Shown: one piece after another, positions 1-12,800 of the stretch
Layout: each line of letters begins with the position of its first letter
How positions within the stretch are numbered: position 1 is the first letter of the stretch
Assembly: GCF_000150275.1 (NCBI RefSeq)
Contig: NW_002060946.1
Span: 5,928,597-5,992,596 of the forward strand
Origin: Trichoplax adhaerens
Taxonomy: Eukaryota; Animalia; Placozoa
Reading direction: 5' to 3'
Length of the DNA: 64,000 bases
Translations under genes and position numbers: made by a program
Notes under the pieces: generated by a model
Databases searched by the model: none
Told to the model about the DNA's origin: nothing
The model's input: the letters and a program-made list of their open reading frames with translations, nothing else

Positions 1-3000
1 ACGATAACTATATATAATGAATGACTATACTAATGCCCGAAATTTGAAAAGCAATTGAAGTGATGATATCATATAGTCATAAAGTACATGAGGATAAGTT
101 ATAACGTGCGTTAGAATGCATTAAACAGACAAAAACCCTATTTTACTTACAGTTAACATATAGAACACGATGAAACTTAAGAATTAATAAGTTTTCGGGA
201 CATCTAAGCTATAATCTTATGCTCCTATAATTCGCCGGCCTTGTTTTGTACAAGTCTGCTATGTACTCCGCTAACTGTTATATGCATGGAAACACAAGTA
301 ACCACAAATAAACTAGCATCATTAAATAAGTGGCCAGCAGAATCTATAGTAGATTGATATATAATTAATTATTCGGAATTGAATTCGTCTCTCTGTCTTG
401 AAATGACGTCAATATCACAATAGGTATAAGAGCTTGTACAAGTAGTGAGCAGTTAGTACGAAATAGTAAATAATTCTTTTTAATCTATTGAATTTTCAAG
501 TATGGAATCGAACTTATACTTACACAATAGAATTAAAAATTACGTATACTCTTATAGCAACATGAAGTGAGTTTTAAACGTTTAAATCATATCCACATCA
601 ACTTTTTATATCAAAATCTAAAATTTATGAAATCCTGTTGGCTAACGCTATCTTCCCAAAGTCATACACTATTGTCGATAAATATCTTATGTTCCAAAAT
701 TTAAAATTACTAAGTTGCAATATAATGTTGCATTTATTGTTATCGACTCGGTTATACTAGTATCAAACAATATTGATAGTACAATTACGAGAATCAGCCT
801 AAAAATTAGCTTAAATTTTGCTACTTTGCGCATGATTTAAAATAAGAATGATCAGTTTATAAACAACTGAAATACCAGTAAGTAATTTTGTTACGCGAAT
901 CAATTTATATTTATGATGATTTCTTGCCAATTGTCACAAAACAGCTTTACAACAAGATAACGTAAGGTAAGATCAATAAGTCAATTCCTTGAACCTCGTA
1001 TCAAGGAACGATATCTGCACTATCATGAACACGTTTGCTCTACTAGCAGACTACACAAAGACTTAGACGCCTCGTATTTTACGTTAAACACTAAGTTTGA
1101 GAATTAATTTTATTACACGATATACTGCATTTATATACTCTTCCTCAATAGTTCGTTAGTCATAATTTGTACGATTAACTTAGGAATCATTCACTGAATT
1201 AGACATTAATTTTAGCTACTACTCCCTAATACAGACAACAGTATTTACGAACATAGTCATCTGATCACTAATACAGAATAGTCAGATTACGATATATCCT
1301 ACCACGGAACATTTCCACGATAATTTACAATCTACCATAACATAGATATTTCTACTCTAATACAGTACAGCATGTAACACTGTCACACCAATATAAAAAC
1401 AAGTTTTCATGCAATGAAATATTCTTGGTACAAATTTACAAGAAGCAATCTCTAGATACCATCTATCGATCTCTAAGTTAGAAATGTACTTAACATAAAT
1501 AACAACTTTATTCAACAACTACCGATATTGTTTAGGTAGGTGGCCATAAAAATTAAGGTACTTTTTTAGATTCTTCGATTCTCCCATGTTAATACTATCA
1601 AGATGGGAGTGAATCTTCATTTTAATGGAAAATAGCTAAACTTACTAATTAGCTAATTGTATTATATTAATTAATGGCCTGATCATATTTTACTTATAAA
1701 ATCTATCTTTAATGACCGCATAATAGACTCCTGCTAGTACTATATGGTCGCCTACGAAAGCCAAAATTACTGTAATTAGCTGAGATCCTTACACTATCAT
1801 TAAAGCAAATATTGTTATCGAAGAATGTCATAAAATCTCTTAGAGACAAAGTTGGTGCTGATCTGAATACAATTATTGTATCTTTGTCAAAATTTTTTAC
1901 ATATTATGTACATACGTTTATTTGCATCCAAAAGATAATACAGTACCAAACATATGGGATCTATTATCACATTTACTCACATAAGCTTCCTCCAACTCTA
2001 TATTATCTTCAAAATCGACTTGAAGTAATAAATAAAATAAATGATATGAATACAACGCAGATAGTTAGCGAATCTCCCTAAATAACCGATATTTCGCTGA
2101 CCGTGCCAGTTCTTCAAAAATATATTCTTACTATACGTAAGAGTATCAAATGATTAGAACATTGCTTGCTGAGTTGAGGCAAAACATTACTCTTGTATCG
2201 TAGAATATTCTGGGACTGTGATAAATTGGGCACATAAAGACTAGCAAGGTAGAATACTAATATATACAAATTGAATTAAATTTAATATATCGTATTTTGT
2301 ACTTGCGCTTATAATTTAATAATCAGATACTTTTTTCTGCCCTGATTTAGCAAATAGTAACTCAGTTGAGTGACCTAACTAAATATATTTAATAGCTAAT
2401 AAACTATTGAACCTGAAAATTATCACCCCAACAAATTGAAATTTAATTATTTGCTGTAGGCTCTGAATCTTTATTAGTCTTACAGCACCTAGACTATAAA
2501 TTATAGAGAGTTAATATCATAAGGTAATTCAAATTTATTCTACTAATCGGTTATACTTTCACAGAGCAATCTTCGGCAGACTTCCATGTATATCTGACTA
2601 TTAAATAATCTGTATAATTCTTAAATTATATTTAGCCTTCTACTTCGTCTAATCATTCAGAATACAAATACTGAAGTGGTTATACTCAACATTTCGTTAC
2701 TTTTACCTAGAATAAGTTTATAAACGGCTAGTACATAAATAATACTACAGATTTATTTTCACAGACGTATTTATTAAATCATTTCTACACACGCACTACC
2801 AAAGTGGACAGATTTCTACTTATATTCAATATTTTATAATTATTCAAGACTATATAGTTATAAATTACAAAGGACTGATTAGTTATTATTCAATGTAAAT
2901 TGATTTAGTTTGTTGCATATCCAATTAATTGCATGTAAGAATAAAAATATAAGGATAGTCATGGTCAGTTCTTTACTATAAACTCAATTTTGGGTGTGTA

Positions 3001-3810
3001 TTAGATGTTATTCCCTATTGCATTCAATCAACTTTCTATCGCCAAATAATCATCTCGTTATTAAATTCTATATTTAAAACTTCAATTGAGTACTACGAAT
3101 GATTTTACTTTTAATATTAATATTTTAATCGAGATTCGTCATACCTGAATAAGATTAATTTAGTTTTGGATATAAATTGTTTAAAAAGAGTCTCATTTTC
3201 AAATTTCTGATATTAATTTTATTTATTTACGCGTAAATAATAGCTTCTAATAATTTAGCCTTCTACTACATTATTCATAACACATGATTCAGACTGAACA
3301 AGTAACTATTTATATAGTATTACAGTCCGATGATATAATATCGCAAATTCGCAATAAATGGCAATCATCACTAGAAATTGATATTCTTACAAGTTCATAA
3401 AATATCGGTGGCCGTAGTATCACATCCGAATAATAACCAAATTCGGTGTATAACATTTTCTCATTGACTGAAAAAATCGTCGAAATTCTTAAACAAGTTC
3501 TCAATAGCTTACTTAATATTTTACTAGCTAGTGATAATATCGCGAAATCGAAAGCAAGCGTAATCTTTGTACTACATCATTTGATAGTGAAAGGAAGCGA
3601 TACTAACGCGATACTGAAAGCTTATTAATTGGAGCGAATATAGGTTGCCTGATCGCATTTTCTTCCGTTCTTATACTTTTGATACTGTAATTAGCGTTTT
3701 ATTTACTGTATTACCATGCTAAATAAAGTGCATTACACAAGCCTGACCCAATATAATTTCAGTTTCTACCACTATTAAATTACTTTAATAACAACCTGGT
3801 AAATAAAAGG

Positions 3811-4318
3811 AAAATGAGATAATTAAGTTTACTATTGTAATAGCTAATTGACAATGCCCATAAGCAGAATCAATTTTCTTGCCCTGATATAGATATAAGA
3901 ATCTCTACAACCTAAAGTTATTAGTTTATGTTATTATCCAGGAACCGATTCTAATCAATATAAACAACCCAGTAAATTATAGAAAAATGAGATAATTAAG
4001 TTTGCTATTGTAACAGCGAATTGACGGTGCACGTAAGCTAATCTATTTCCTAGCTCTGATATTGATATGAGAATCTCTAACTTGAAGTTGGTGATTTATA
4101 TTCTATCCCAGGTTAGCTTCAAATAAGTAGAATAAAAAAAAGATTTGGGTATGTTACGAGCTAAGTTATAACCAATCCTGTGAACTATGGGAAGATTATT
4201 GCAAGTTTACTATTGTAACTGCGAATTGACAGCGTACATATGTTAACCTATTTCCTTATGATGACATAGATACGAAAATCTCTATAACCTAAGTTTGGTA
4301 GTTTATGTTATATCTAGG
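3811..4318. repeat. Three diverged direct copies (~130-bp core, spaced ~175-200 bp) upstream of the GPCR
   Basis: Core AAGTTT(A/G)CTATTGTAA..GC(T/G)AATTGAC...GATA...AATCTCTA...TTTAT...AGG recurs at ~3811, ~3985 and ~4203 with many substitutions. Confidence 0.8.
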
Positions 4319-4573
4319 AGCAGATTAAAAATATTTATAATTGGATAGGTTACGGACTGAGTTACAATGTAAGAGTGACATTATGTTACCCCATTGTGGG
4401 GCTGTTTAATATTAATTACATTTGCTGTAAAAACTATTCAGATCAATTCTTTCCATTTTACTAGTGCTCCCTTGTTAATAAATAAAATTTATTCTCTATA
4501 TAAAATATAGGATGTTAATAAGCATAAAATAATTTATCAAGGTTGGCAATTCTCAATATTTTCATCAACCATC

Positions 4574-5596
4574 ATGGTAAGTCATGCACCGACAATAATG
4601 GCCACCAATGCCACCATAACTGCTATACCTGTAAAATCTGAAAGCATTAGCGTTGCTACAGCTAACATCCTATATGCGATATTTGCATCATTATCCATCC
4701 TAGACAATATACTGATTTGTTGGCTGTTTCTGAGAAATAGTCAGTTACTACGCCTTGCATCAAGTATCCTTATCTTTAGTTTAGCTATCATTGATATCTT
4801 AACTGGAATATTAATTATGGCTACGCCAAAAACTTATGGAGGTATCCAAATCCATTTACAAGGCGTTGATGCGGTACTGTATTGTACTCTCGTCTATTCC
4901 GAGTATTTTATCTGGACTCTTGGTATCGCATCTTGTTATATCATTGCTGCCCTAAGTGTTGAGCGATTGTATATGGTTAGTGCTGCAGCGATGTATAAAT
5001 ATGTATTTACACCGACTAAAACGATCCTCTATGTGATCTTGATTATTCTTTGGGCTGGTATCTTGAATGCGCCCAATTTCTATCATTTTTATCACAACGA
5101 AAATATAACCAACCCTGTACCCTGTGGATTCCGAATCTTGGCAGTCGATGAAACTGCTAGTCGAGCAATTTATTTCACCAGTTTTGCTTTACGTTTTGCC
5201 ATTCCCCTAGTCATCACCATTACCTGTTATGTTGGATTTATGCGCAAAATAAGGACTGCCATAACGTGCATATCTAGTGCTAATAATGTTCAAACTGGTA
5301 AACGTAGCCGTTTAATGCTACGACGGTTAACGCGAATGTGCGTCCTAATTTCTATCGCTTTCTGTATTTGTTGGTTACCTAACCAAGTTTATTTCGTTTT
5401 AAGGGCTCAAAGATTAATAAAGCATAACCTAGCTTTCCATATGTTCACCAAAGTACTCGTATCCATGAACTCTGCTATCAATCTGTTCATCTATACTGCA
5501 TCAAATCTCTATTTTTATAACGAATTAATAGCTCTCATTAAATTTATTTGCTGTTGTAAACGTGTACAAAGAAAAATAGGGTTTTTGTCAGCTTAA
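4574..5596 (+). CDS. Single-exon rhodopsin-like (class A) GPCR, orphan, 340 aa
   Basis: Seven hydrophobic segments with class A landmarks: TM1 DN, TM2 LAIID, TM3 C...LSVERL (DRY variant), TM4 W..P, TM5 P......Y, TM6 CWLP, TM7 NSAINLFIY; C-terminal CCC; N-terminal NAT sequon. Confidence 0.93.
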   Translation: MVSHAPTIMATNATITAIPVKSESISVATANILYAIFASLSILDNILICWLFLRNSQLLRLASSILIFSLAIIDILTGILIMATPKTYGGIQIHLQGVDAVLYCTLVYSEYFIWTLGIASCYIIAALSVERLYMVSAAAMYKYVFTPTKTILYVILIILWAGILNAPNFYHFYHNENITNPVPCGFRILAVDETASRAIYFTSFALRFAIPLVITITCYVGFMRKIRTAITCISSANNVQTGKRSRLMLRRLTRMCVLISIAFCICWLPNQVYFVLRAQRLIKHNLAFHMFTKVLVSMNSAINLFIYTASNLYFYNELIALIKFICCCKRVQRKIGFLSA

Positions 5597-6719
5597 TGTC
5601 AAGGAGCTATTTTAATCCAATTACCAGCCTTATCATGCTCTAAGTTGAAATAGAATTCCGTAATAGTGAATTATACGTTAAGCTAAATACGTGCCAGTAT
5701 TACTCATAAATGACGTCAGCAGATCTGCTGTTATGGTATAACTGAAATGTGTGCTATAACTCCATTTTGTTTTATAGAAAATCTACACTCCATAACTGAA
5801 CTGCTTATGGAAACACTATATTATACTGACATCCATTCGTTTTTAGTATAACTCTGTATGGAATCTCCTAAATTCACGTGGTAGTAGAGCACTTTAACGG
5901 TATCAAATTATCACAATGTTGATAAATCAGTATAATGACCGAGTAATAGTCTTTTACTATTAATCAGACGAATAAATTTTGGGTATGATTACATTTCTAA
6001 AAGTCTTCAATGCGGTAAACATTTAGATATCTATTAATATGACAACACTATTTGTTCACTAGCTTAACTTTAGAGGAATGCTTCTTCTTTCTTGAATTGA
6101 TATAAATTTATTGCTAAAATTAATAGCATCTAGATCTACTTCTTAAAGGCAACTTTCTTCTAATATTTACGCTTATTTAAATAATGTTGATTATACTATA
6201 ATTAAAATTGACTATCTTTTAATCGTAATCAAAGTAAATAGCATACGAAATCTGTTAGTTTTCACTAATTTCTTCTTCTCCACTAGAATTTACTCTCTCT
6301 CTCTAATATTAGATTTACTGATCTATTTTTATAAACAAAAATCTAATTTCTTCTATTATAAATAAATTAAAACATAGATTACACAGAAAAGTTGTGCTAA
6401 TTTCCTAGAATGCAGCTATAACACACTATTTCAATTATCTTACCTAATCGCCATGCTTTCAACGTAGAATTGGCTATGACTTTAAAGTACTTTCCAAGTA
6501 AGAAGAATTAATTTAAAGAAACTATCAACATACGTCTAAGTAATTCATGATTGGTTAATAATTAGTGCTAATTATTGCTTATAAATATGCATTTTGCACC
6601 AAAAATTAAATATTAATTGGTATAGCTTGTAAACAATAAATAACAAAGTTTAGACACCAAATAAAATCTGGGGAAATAATCGATCAACGATTTATTACAA
6701 GAAAAATGGAGAGAAGTAT

Positions 6720-7495
6720 AAACCGAACAGCCTTACAAATACTTAACTTTAAGTATTAATAAAATAAGTGACAGACTTAAAAACTGTCAACAACCAAACA
6801 ATCTTTCAAAAAGAAGAACGTTTCAACTTACGATAATTCGACCCCGAAGGCCTTCTAAATTCAACTAGTTCTTCTAAAGAATCTTCTTCTACTCTCCCTC
6901 TAGATTTTCTAATTGCACTATCATTTATAGGCTTTGTAGAGCCGTAAGAGGTATTTAAAACTAAACATTTACTAACCAATCGCTCTTAAGATCCATTTTA
7001 GAAAACTACTTTGCACCATTTAAGAAAACAAAAATCATTCAAAGTTCGGACACAATTTACCCCATGATTCCCTTACAAAACACTATAAAACCAACAAGTT
7101 AACTATAAAATACATCAAACTTCACTTCTAACATAATTTCTATCATTAATACATTATAAAAGTCTAAAAATTAACCTTTAAACATCAAGATTTAGTCATA
7201 AAAATAACAGTCTAACTACTTAACAATCAACACAACCTCTGCCAATTCCCATCTTATTTTCTATTTTCCTAACTAAACTTTCCTAATGTGACTTTCATAT
7301 CACGCCATAAAATTTCAAAGTTTCAAATTCATAATAAAAAGTTCAAATTTCAAAAATCAACTCGTACGATATTTTTCATAAACTAAAATCTAATAGTTAA
7401 AACAGAAAATTAAAACAGATAAATTAATACAGAAAAATTATATCGGACATAAATCCGAGCGGTTCCGGAATCCGAATCCGAAAAATCCGGATTTT
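6720..7495. mobile_element. Possible DNA-transposon remnant (strand-skewed segment ending in an ATCCG/CGGA cluster)
   Basis: G-poor, A/C-rich + strand unlike its flanks, ending in ATCGGACATAAATCCGAGCGGTTCCGGAATCCGAATCCGAAAAATCCGGAT; no TIR pair, TSD or transposase motif found. Confidence 0.2.
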
Positions 7496-9892
7496 ATAAA
7501 GATCACAGTAATCGCTTATCAAGAAATTTTATATGACTACTACGACTACTTTTCTGACATCAGGATCGCTTAGTATTGATAATATTGATGTTTTAGCGTC
7601 AGGTTGTATGGTAACTGTACGATTATAGACTACATTACAGTACTTTACGGTCATGTTATAAATCCCCTTTCTCTATGGATAGGGTTTTGTTACTAAGTCA
7701 AGTTCATTTATAACTTGAATACACTATCAAACGCCCTTTCTTTAGATTAGGCAATTGCTCTAGGGCTACTTCTATAGTAATCTGTATAATACCTCGTAAA
7801 ATAATGAAGAAGAAAAGATGGCGACATGATGATTTGGCAGGGTAAAACTTAAAGACACTATCACTTTATAGGTATTTTTTATAGTAAAATAATACTAGTT
7901 ACATACTAAAAGCTATAGAGGACTCTGCTTTTAGTCCTTTACTACAGTTACCATTCACTAGCTATGATTATCGCTATAATATCGGCCTAATTTTCACAAA
8001 TAATCCTCGGAATAGTAAAATTTACTTTATTGATGTACGAAAACCTAGTATAATAATGAAACTAGTTTTAAGCTAGTTTTAAATTTCTACTTGCAATAAA
8101 AATCAGCGATATCCGGACGTCCAATCCGATAGAAATTACTTTCTGATATTATAGATACAGCGCTCAATAATTCATAGTAAAGCACAAACACTGATATAAT
8201 AAAACGATGATTATCGTTTTATTATTTTCTAATCTCCGGTAATTCTCACTCGAAATGCTTTTAATGAACTTTAACGACATACGAAAATTTACTACCATAA
8301 TACTATAAAACTATTTTAAGAGCCGTTTGAAAGTTAAATATAAAGCATGATGCTATGTTATATTTACAATGTAAAAGCACCTTAATGGTTGAGAACTTGA
8401 TCGGACCTTCTATAAGTGAATGTTATTCTAGTTTTAGTTTATCTGAAGGATCTGAGCTTATTTTTATTCCATTATGATATAGTACGCCAGAATAAGTAAT
8501 TTTATTAATACTCTGTGGGTGTAACTCTTTATAATTAAACTAGAACAATGCCAGTTACGTTATTTTAAAAATATTTTACAATATGATTCAATGAATATCA
8601 AATATAATCTTTCTGGATAACTCCATGGGAACTGTTATGAATTCACTGCGTTATTTTTTAGCCTTAAAAGTCAAGATGATAGTTGCAAAACATCATTGAA
8701 ACGAAATAGGCGTGACGTTTATGCTAACTAAAATTTATTCATATCTGACACAGAATCCAATAGAAACAATTTTATATCATAATGTAATAGAATCATATCT
8801 TGATCTAGTTTACCTACAAACAGAAATAAAGAAATGCATCATAATTGCATAGAGTGCTTAAAATAGTACCCATACTTAGGAATTAATTCCTATGTTGGTA
8901 ATTAAATTGAAATATTTATTAAATACATAGATAACCTAAAGCAGTTGAAATCAAATTATTACCGTGTCTAAAAGTAACATAAATAGAGAAGAATATCGCA
9001 TGATTAAAGTAAAACCAGCAATGCTATAGAATTCGACAAGTGAAATACTTATCCATATATATCTAAGTGCAATAATGATTCTAAGGTTTAATCAGCTAAT
9101 AGTAATCGATTTATATCTTCTATTTTTATAATTGAGCAGGCAAAGAATACGCAGTAGCATTTTAATTTAAAATGTGAAGTATTTCCTTATTGTAGTCAAC
9201 GTGTAATGAGCTGTATTATTTATTATGATCCATTTTCTACTCCAATTTGCATTTACTGTTGAGTTATAAGTCTGATAAGATTCTAAACCCTTAAAATTAG
9301 AAGATTAAAATTAACTCAATCATATCGAACAGACCACAAATGAATACTGATTTTTTTACGATATAGCCAACGAAGGGCATAAATTCTGCTGCTATGAATG
9401 AAGCTAAAGTGCAAAATTGAATCAATCGATAGTCTATAACGTTTGTTGGCTATCTAAAATTAAAAGGCAGAAATAGGTTAATTAATTTTTCACTTTTCCT
9501 GGATTAGGTCAGTCACACTATCTTGAATTATTTTCCCAGTTGTCATACATAAGTTCATATTTTTAGAGCCATAATCAGGAAATAACCAAGTTTGCTTCTA
9601 GAAATCAGTCTATAGAAAAAGTAATTCATTTAATAGAAAGAAGGAATTAGACTAACTATAGGCATGATTATTACTTCAATTAGATTTATAAATTCCGTGA
9701 CAGAATATATGAAAGGGTTAAAAATCAGCTTAATATTCGGTCTTATGTATGCATAAATTAATAAATTGTTCATAATTGCTTATAAATGTAGCTAGACTGT
9801 TTGAGATAGGTAATTCAGCATCTCCATATCTATGTTACAAATGAGTCCAAATAAGGCTATCAAGTCTGAAGATATAGCAAATCTCGTAGACT

Positions 9893-12800
9893 TTAGCAAT
9901 CTTCGTAATGTCTAATCCTGCTTATAGTGACTTTCTGTATTTACACAGAAATGAGCAATGAATATTGCAATATTATTTCTACCTAAAATAATTTCTAAGA
10001 TTATAATTTTAAATATCCTGCGTATCATTTTAGCTAACCTTTGATCTATCAGAGAAACTATCAGTTGACATCGCATTTGGTAAAATAATTTGGCTTCCAG
10101 CTGTAATAGAAATTAATTTCGAGATTCAAGTATTTGCTTAAGAAATATAGTAATAGTTAAAATATTTTTAGTGGAAAAGCTTTCATTATAACAGAAATAG
10201 ATTTAATAATCAACTCCACAATTGAATTGGTTACTCAATATCTACAATAATTATAATCACACTGTTATTGCGATATCATTAAATGATAAGTTTCCACCTA
10301 CAAAAGTACAGAATTTGAATATAAGTCAGCTTCAGATTTAAATTACTCAAGGTATAGTATTAACAGCTTGAACTGTTATAATGTAATTAGAGTGAGGCAT
10401 ATTTTACGGAAAAATAATAAACTTAAGGATTTATTCTAACAGTTTCCAATCTTTACTACATCATTAGCAGATCTTATTCTATTTAACTTACAGGTACTAT
10501 GTCTAGATCGGGAGAATAGTGACATATGCAAGCTTGTCGATTTGTTCGATTTGCCACTCTGCAGAAATAAAAGTGGTAGCAAAAATTAGTTATTGGTCTG
10601 TACAATTCTTTAATCTATTAGCTCCTAAATTATCAAATATTAAATATTCCGCTATACTTACTCGAGTACTGGATCGGCTGGCACTGCGCTTGTAATATGT
10701 TGCAATAACCTAAAACGAAAAATGTTGCTTGACATTAATCGCAGTTAACATAGTAAGACTCTACAGATAGAAATTGGATAGATGGGGTGACAAATTCTTA
10801 ATATATATTCTGACATTTGTAATAATATCATAATCGACTAACTTGTCTATCCAACAGACAGTGAAATACAAAGAAAAAGAAGCCTTGAAGCCCAATTAAG
10901 GCGGTGAAGATATAGTCAATAGCAGCCACGTTAACAAATCGGACAAAGATCAAAACCCAAGTTAAGCCAAGTAAAGGCATCAATGACATAGCACGCCATA
11001 AATCTTGTCTATTTAGTAATCGGCGATGATGGATTAGTAAAGGCTTACTTTTAAATAATTTTTTGCATGTCTTGGAATATATAACTATTATATAGGTACG
11101 GATACCAATCTTATTTCATGTTTTAGTAAATGATCTCTAAATTGGAAGGCTTTAACCTTAGCATGTACAGTAGACCACAAGCCTATAACTTCGCTGCCAT
11201 AAACTCTCTATTCAGCAAGCAAATAATTCAGAATTACCTAAGCGTCTTGGTCTTATCCATAATTTCACTTTCACCTTTCTTAGCATAAGTCATTCGAGTC
11301 GATAATCGCTTATGGATAGCATGAAGAACAACCGCCAATATAAAGATATTGACCTATGAAAAATCATTAAAAGTTTCAACAATTGATGGAGTATCAGTGT
11401 GACAAAATCTAATTGCAAACAAAGTAATATGCTTAAGCTTTAGCAGGTAAATTTGTTATTATTTTAGGAAACTTACTCCAACAACTCCGGCAGCAGGACC
11501 AAGGAAATACCAAATATGATCAGATCTTAACCAACAACTGTTAATAATATGATAAAATTAATTGATGATTCTGTCAGTTAAATTATAGTTATAGTTATAT
11601 GTATCAATTTTTAGGTAAATAATAATCTCATTAACTTACAATCCGGATCCGATTGCTATATCGGAATTGTTATAAGCATGTGGGCTAATGATTGGAGTTA
11701 AAGCAACGGGAACAGCTGGCAGCACTATCATAACGAATTATGAAATAATTAATACCACATACTACATGAAATAGCGCCAGAATAATATTTCTTCCGAATA
11801 TTTAATAGGAAATGGAAATAACGATTCGGAAGCAATGGCATAGATGATAGATAACGTAGATCATAGCTTAGTTAAAATAATCATTAATCCAAAGTATTAA
11901 GAAATAAGATTTATGACATACACCATCCTAGACCAAAGTAGAATAGGGTCCAAAGACGACTATCTTGAGTGAAAACAGTAATTAGTAGACGATACATATG
12001 GATCCCTTCTACTAACATCCAAGTAAAGCAAGCAGTGGCTACATATTGTAACATAATTGCTTTTGCGATACATAGCGGCTATAATAAGATAAAGCAGAAT
12101 ATACAATTTAATGACAATCAGCTCGTTCAATATTTAGGTACAAATGACATCAGTGTGTTCATTGCAATGGCAAAAGAAAGTTCAAATTAAGTCTTTCAAA
12201 AATTTTGAAATATTTGATCCAAAAGTAGTATAAATTATATATAGCTACATGTATCTATTTTTAATCGTTACTATCAAAATTAATTCCATCTAGGTATAGC
12301 ATTAATTGCTCCTATCCATATCTATCTATTTGCAACCTTTACCATTAAAATTAAATTCACCCCACTGTCGTACAAATTACACCAATTTACGTATATCTAT
12401 CTATTTTCTCCGCTGACGCATTCTGCGATCGATATATTATCCAATACTGCTACCGGATCTCAATCAGGTGCAATGATTAAAAGTTATCAACTTATTTACT
12501 TCTAAACTTTTTCTAACTTCATCTCAAATCTAATAAGTATAAAGTTTCAAATACAGTATCTACCGTACATACGTATATATTAATATACCACAATTATGAG
12601 CTTCTACAGACATATTTCCTCCTTGATTCACTTATTCGTAAATTGAAGTATATTTCTTAGACTGTACCTGGTTCTTCCTTCATAAATAAACCTATGATCT
12701 AAATCCTCACCGAATCTGACTCTGCTGGAACGTAAGGCATAATAAAGACCACCATGATGTTAGTTAGAGCAATTGCAATGACAAGGTTAGTGTGAATCAT

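Noticed and set aside
1812-3628. Short ORFs upstream of the GPCR
   Set aside because: Non-ATG starts, AT-biased composition, no motifs or coherent splice structure
4574-5596. Opsin assignment based on a TM7 lysine
   Set aside because: The lysine is at ~7.39, not the retinal-binding 7.43 (Ser here)
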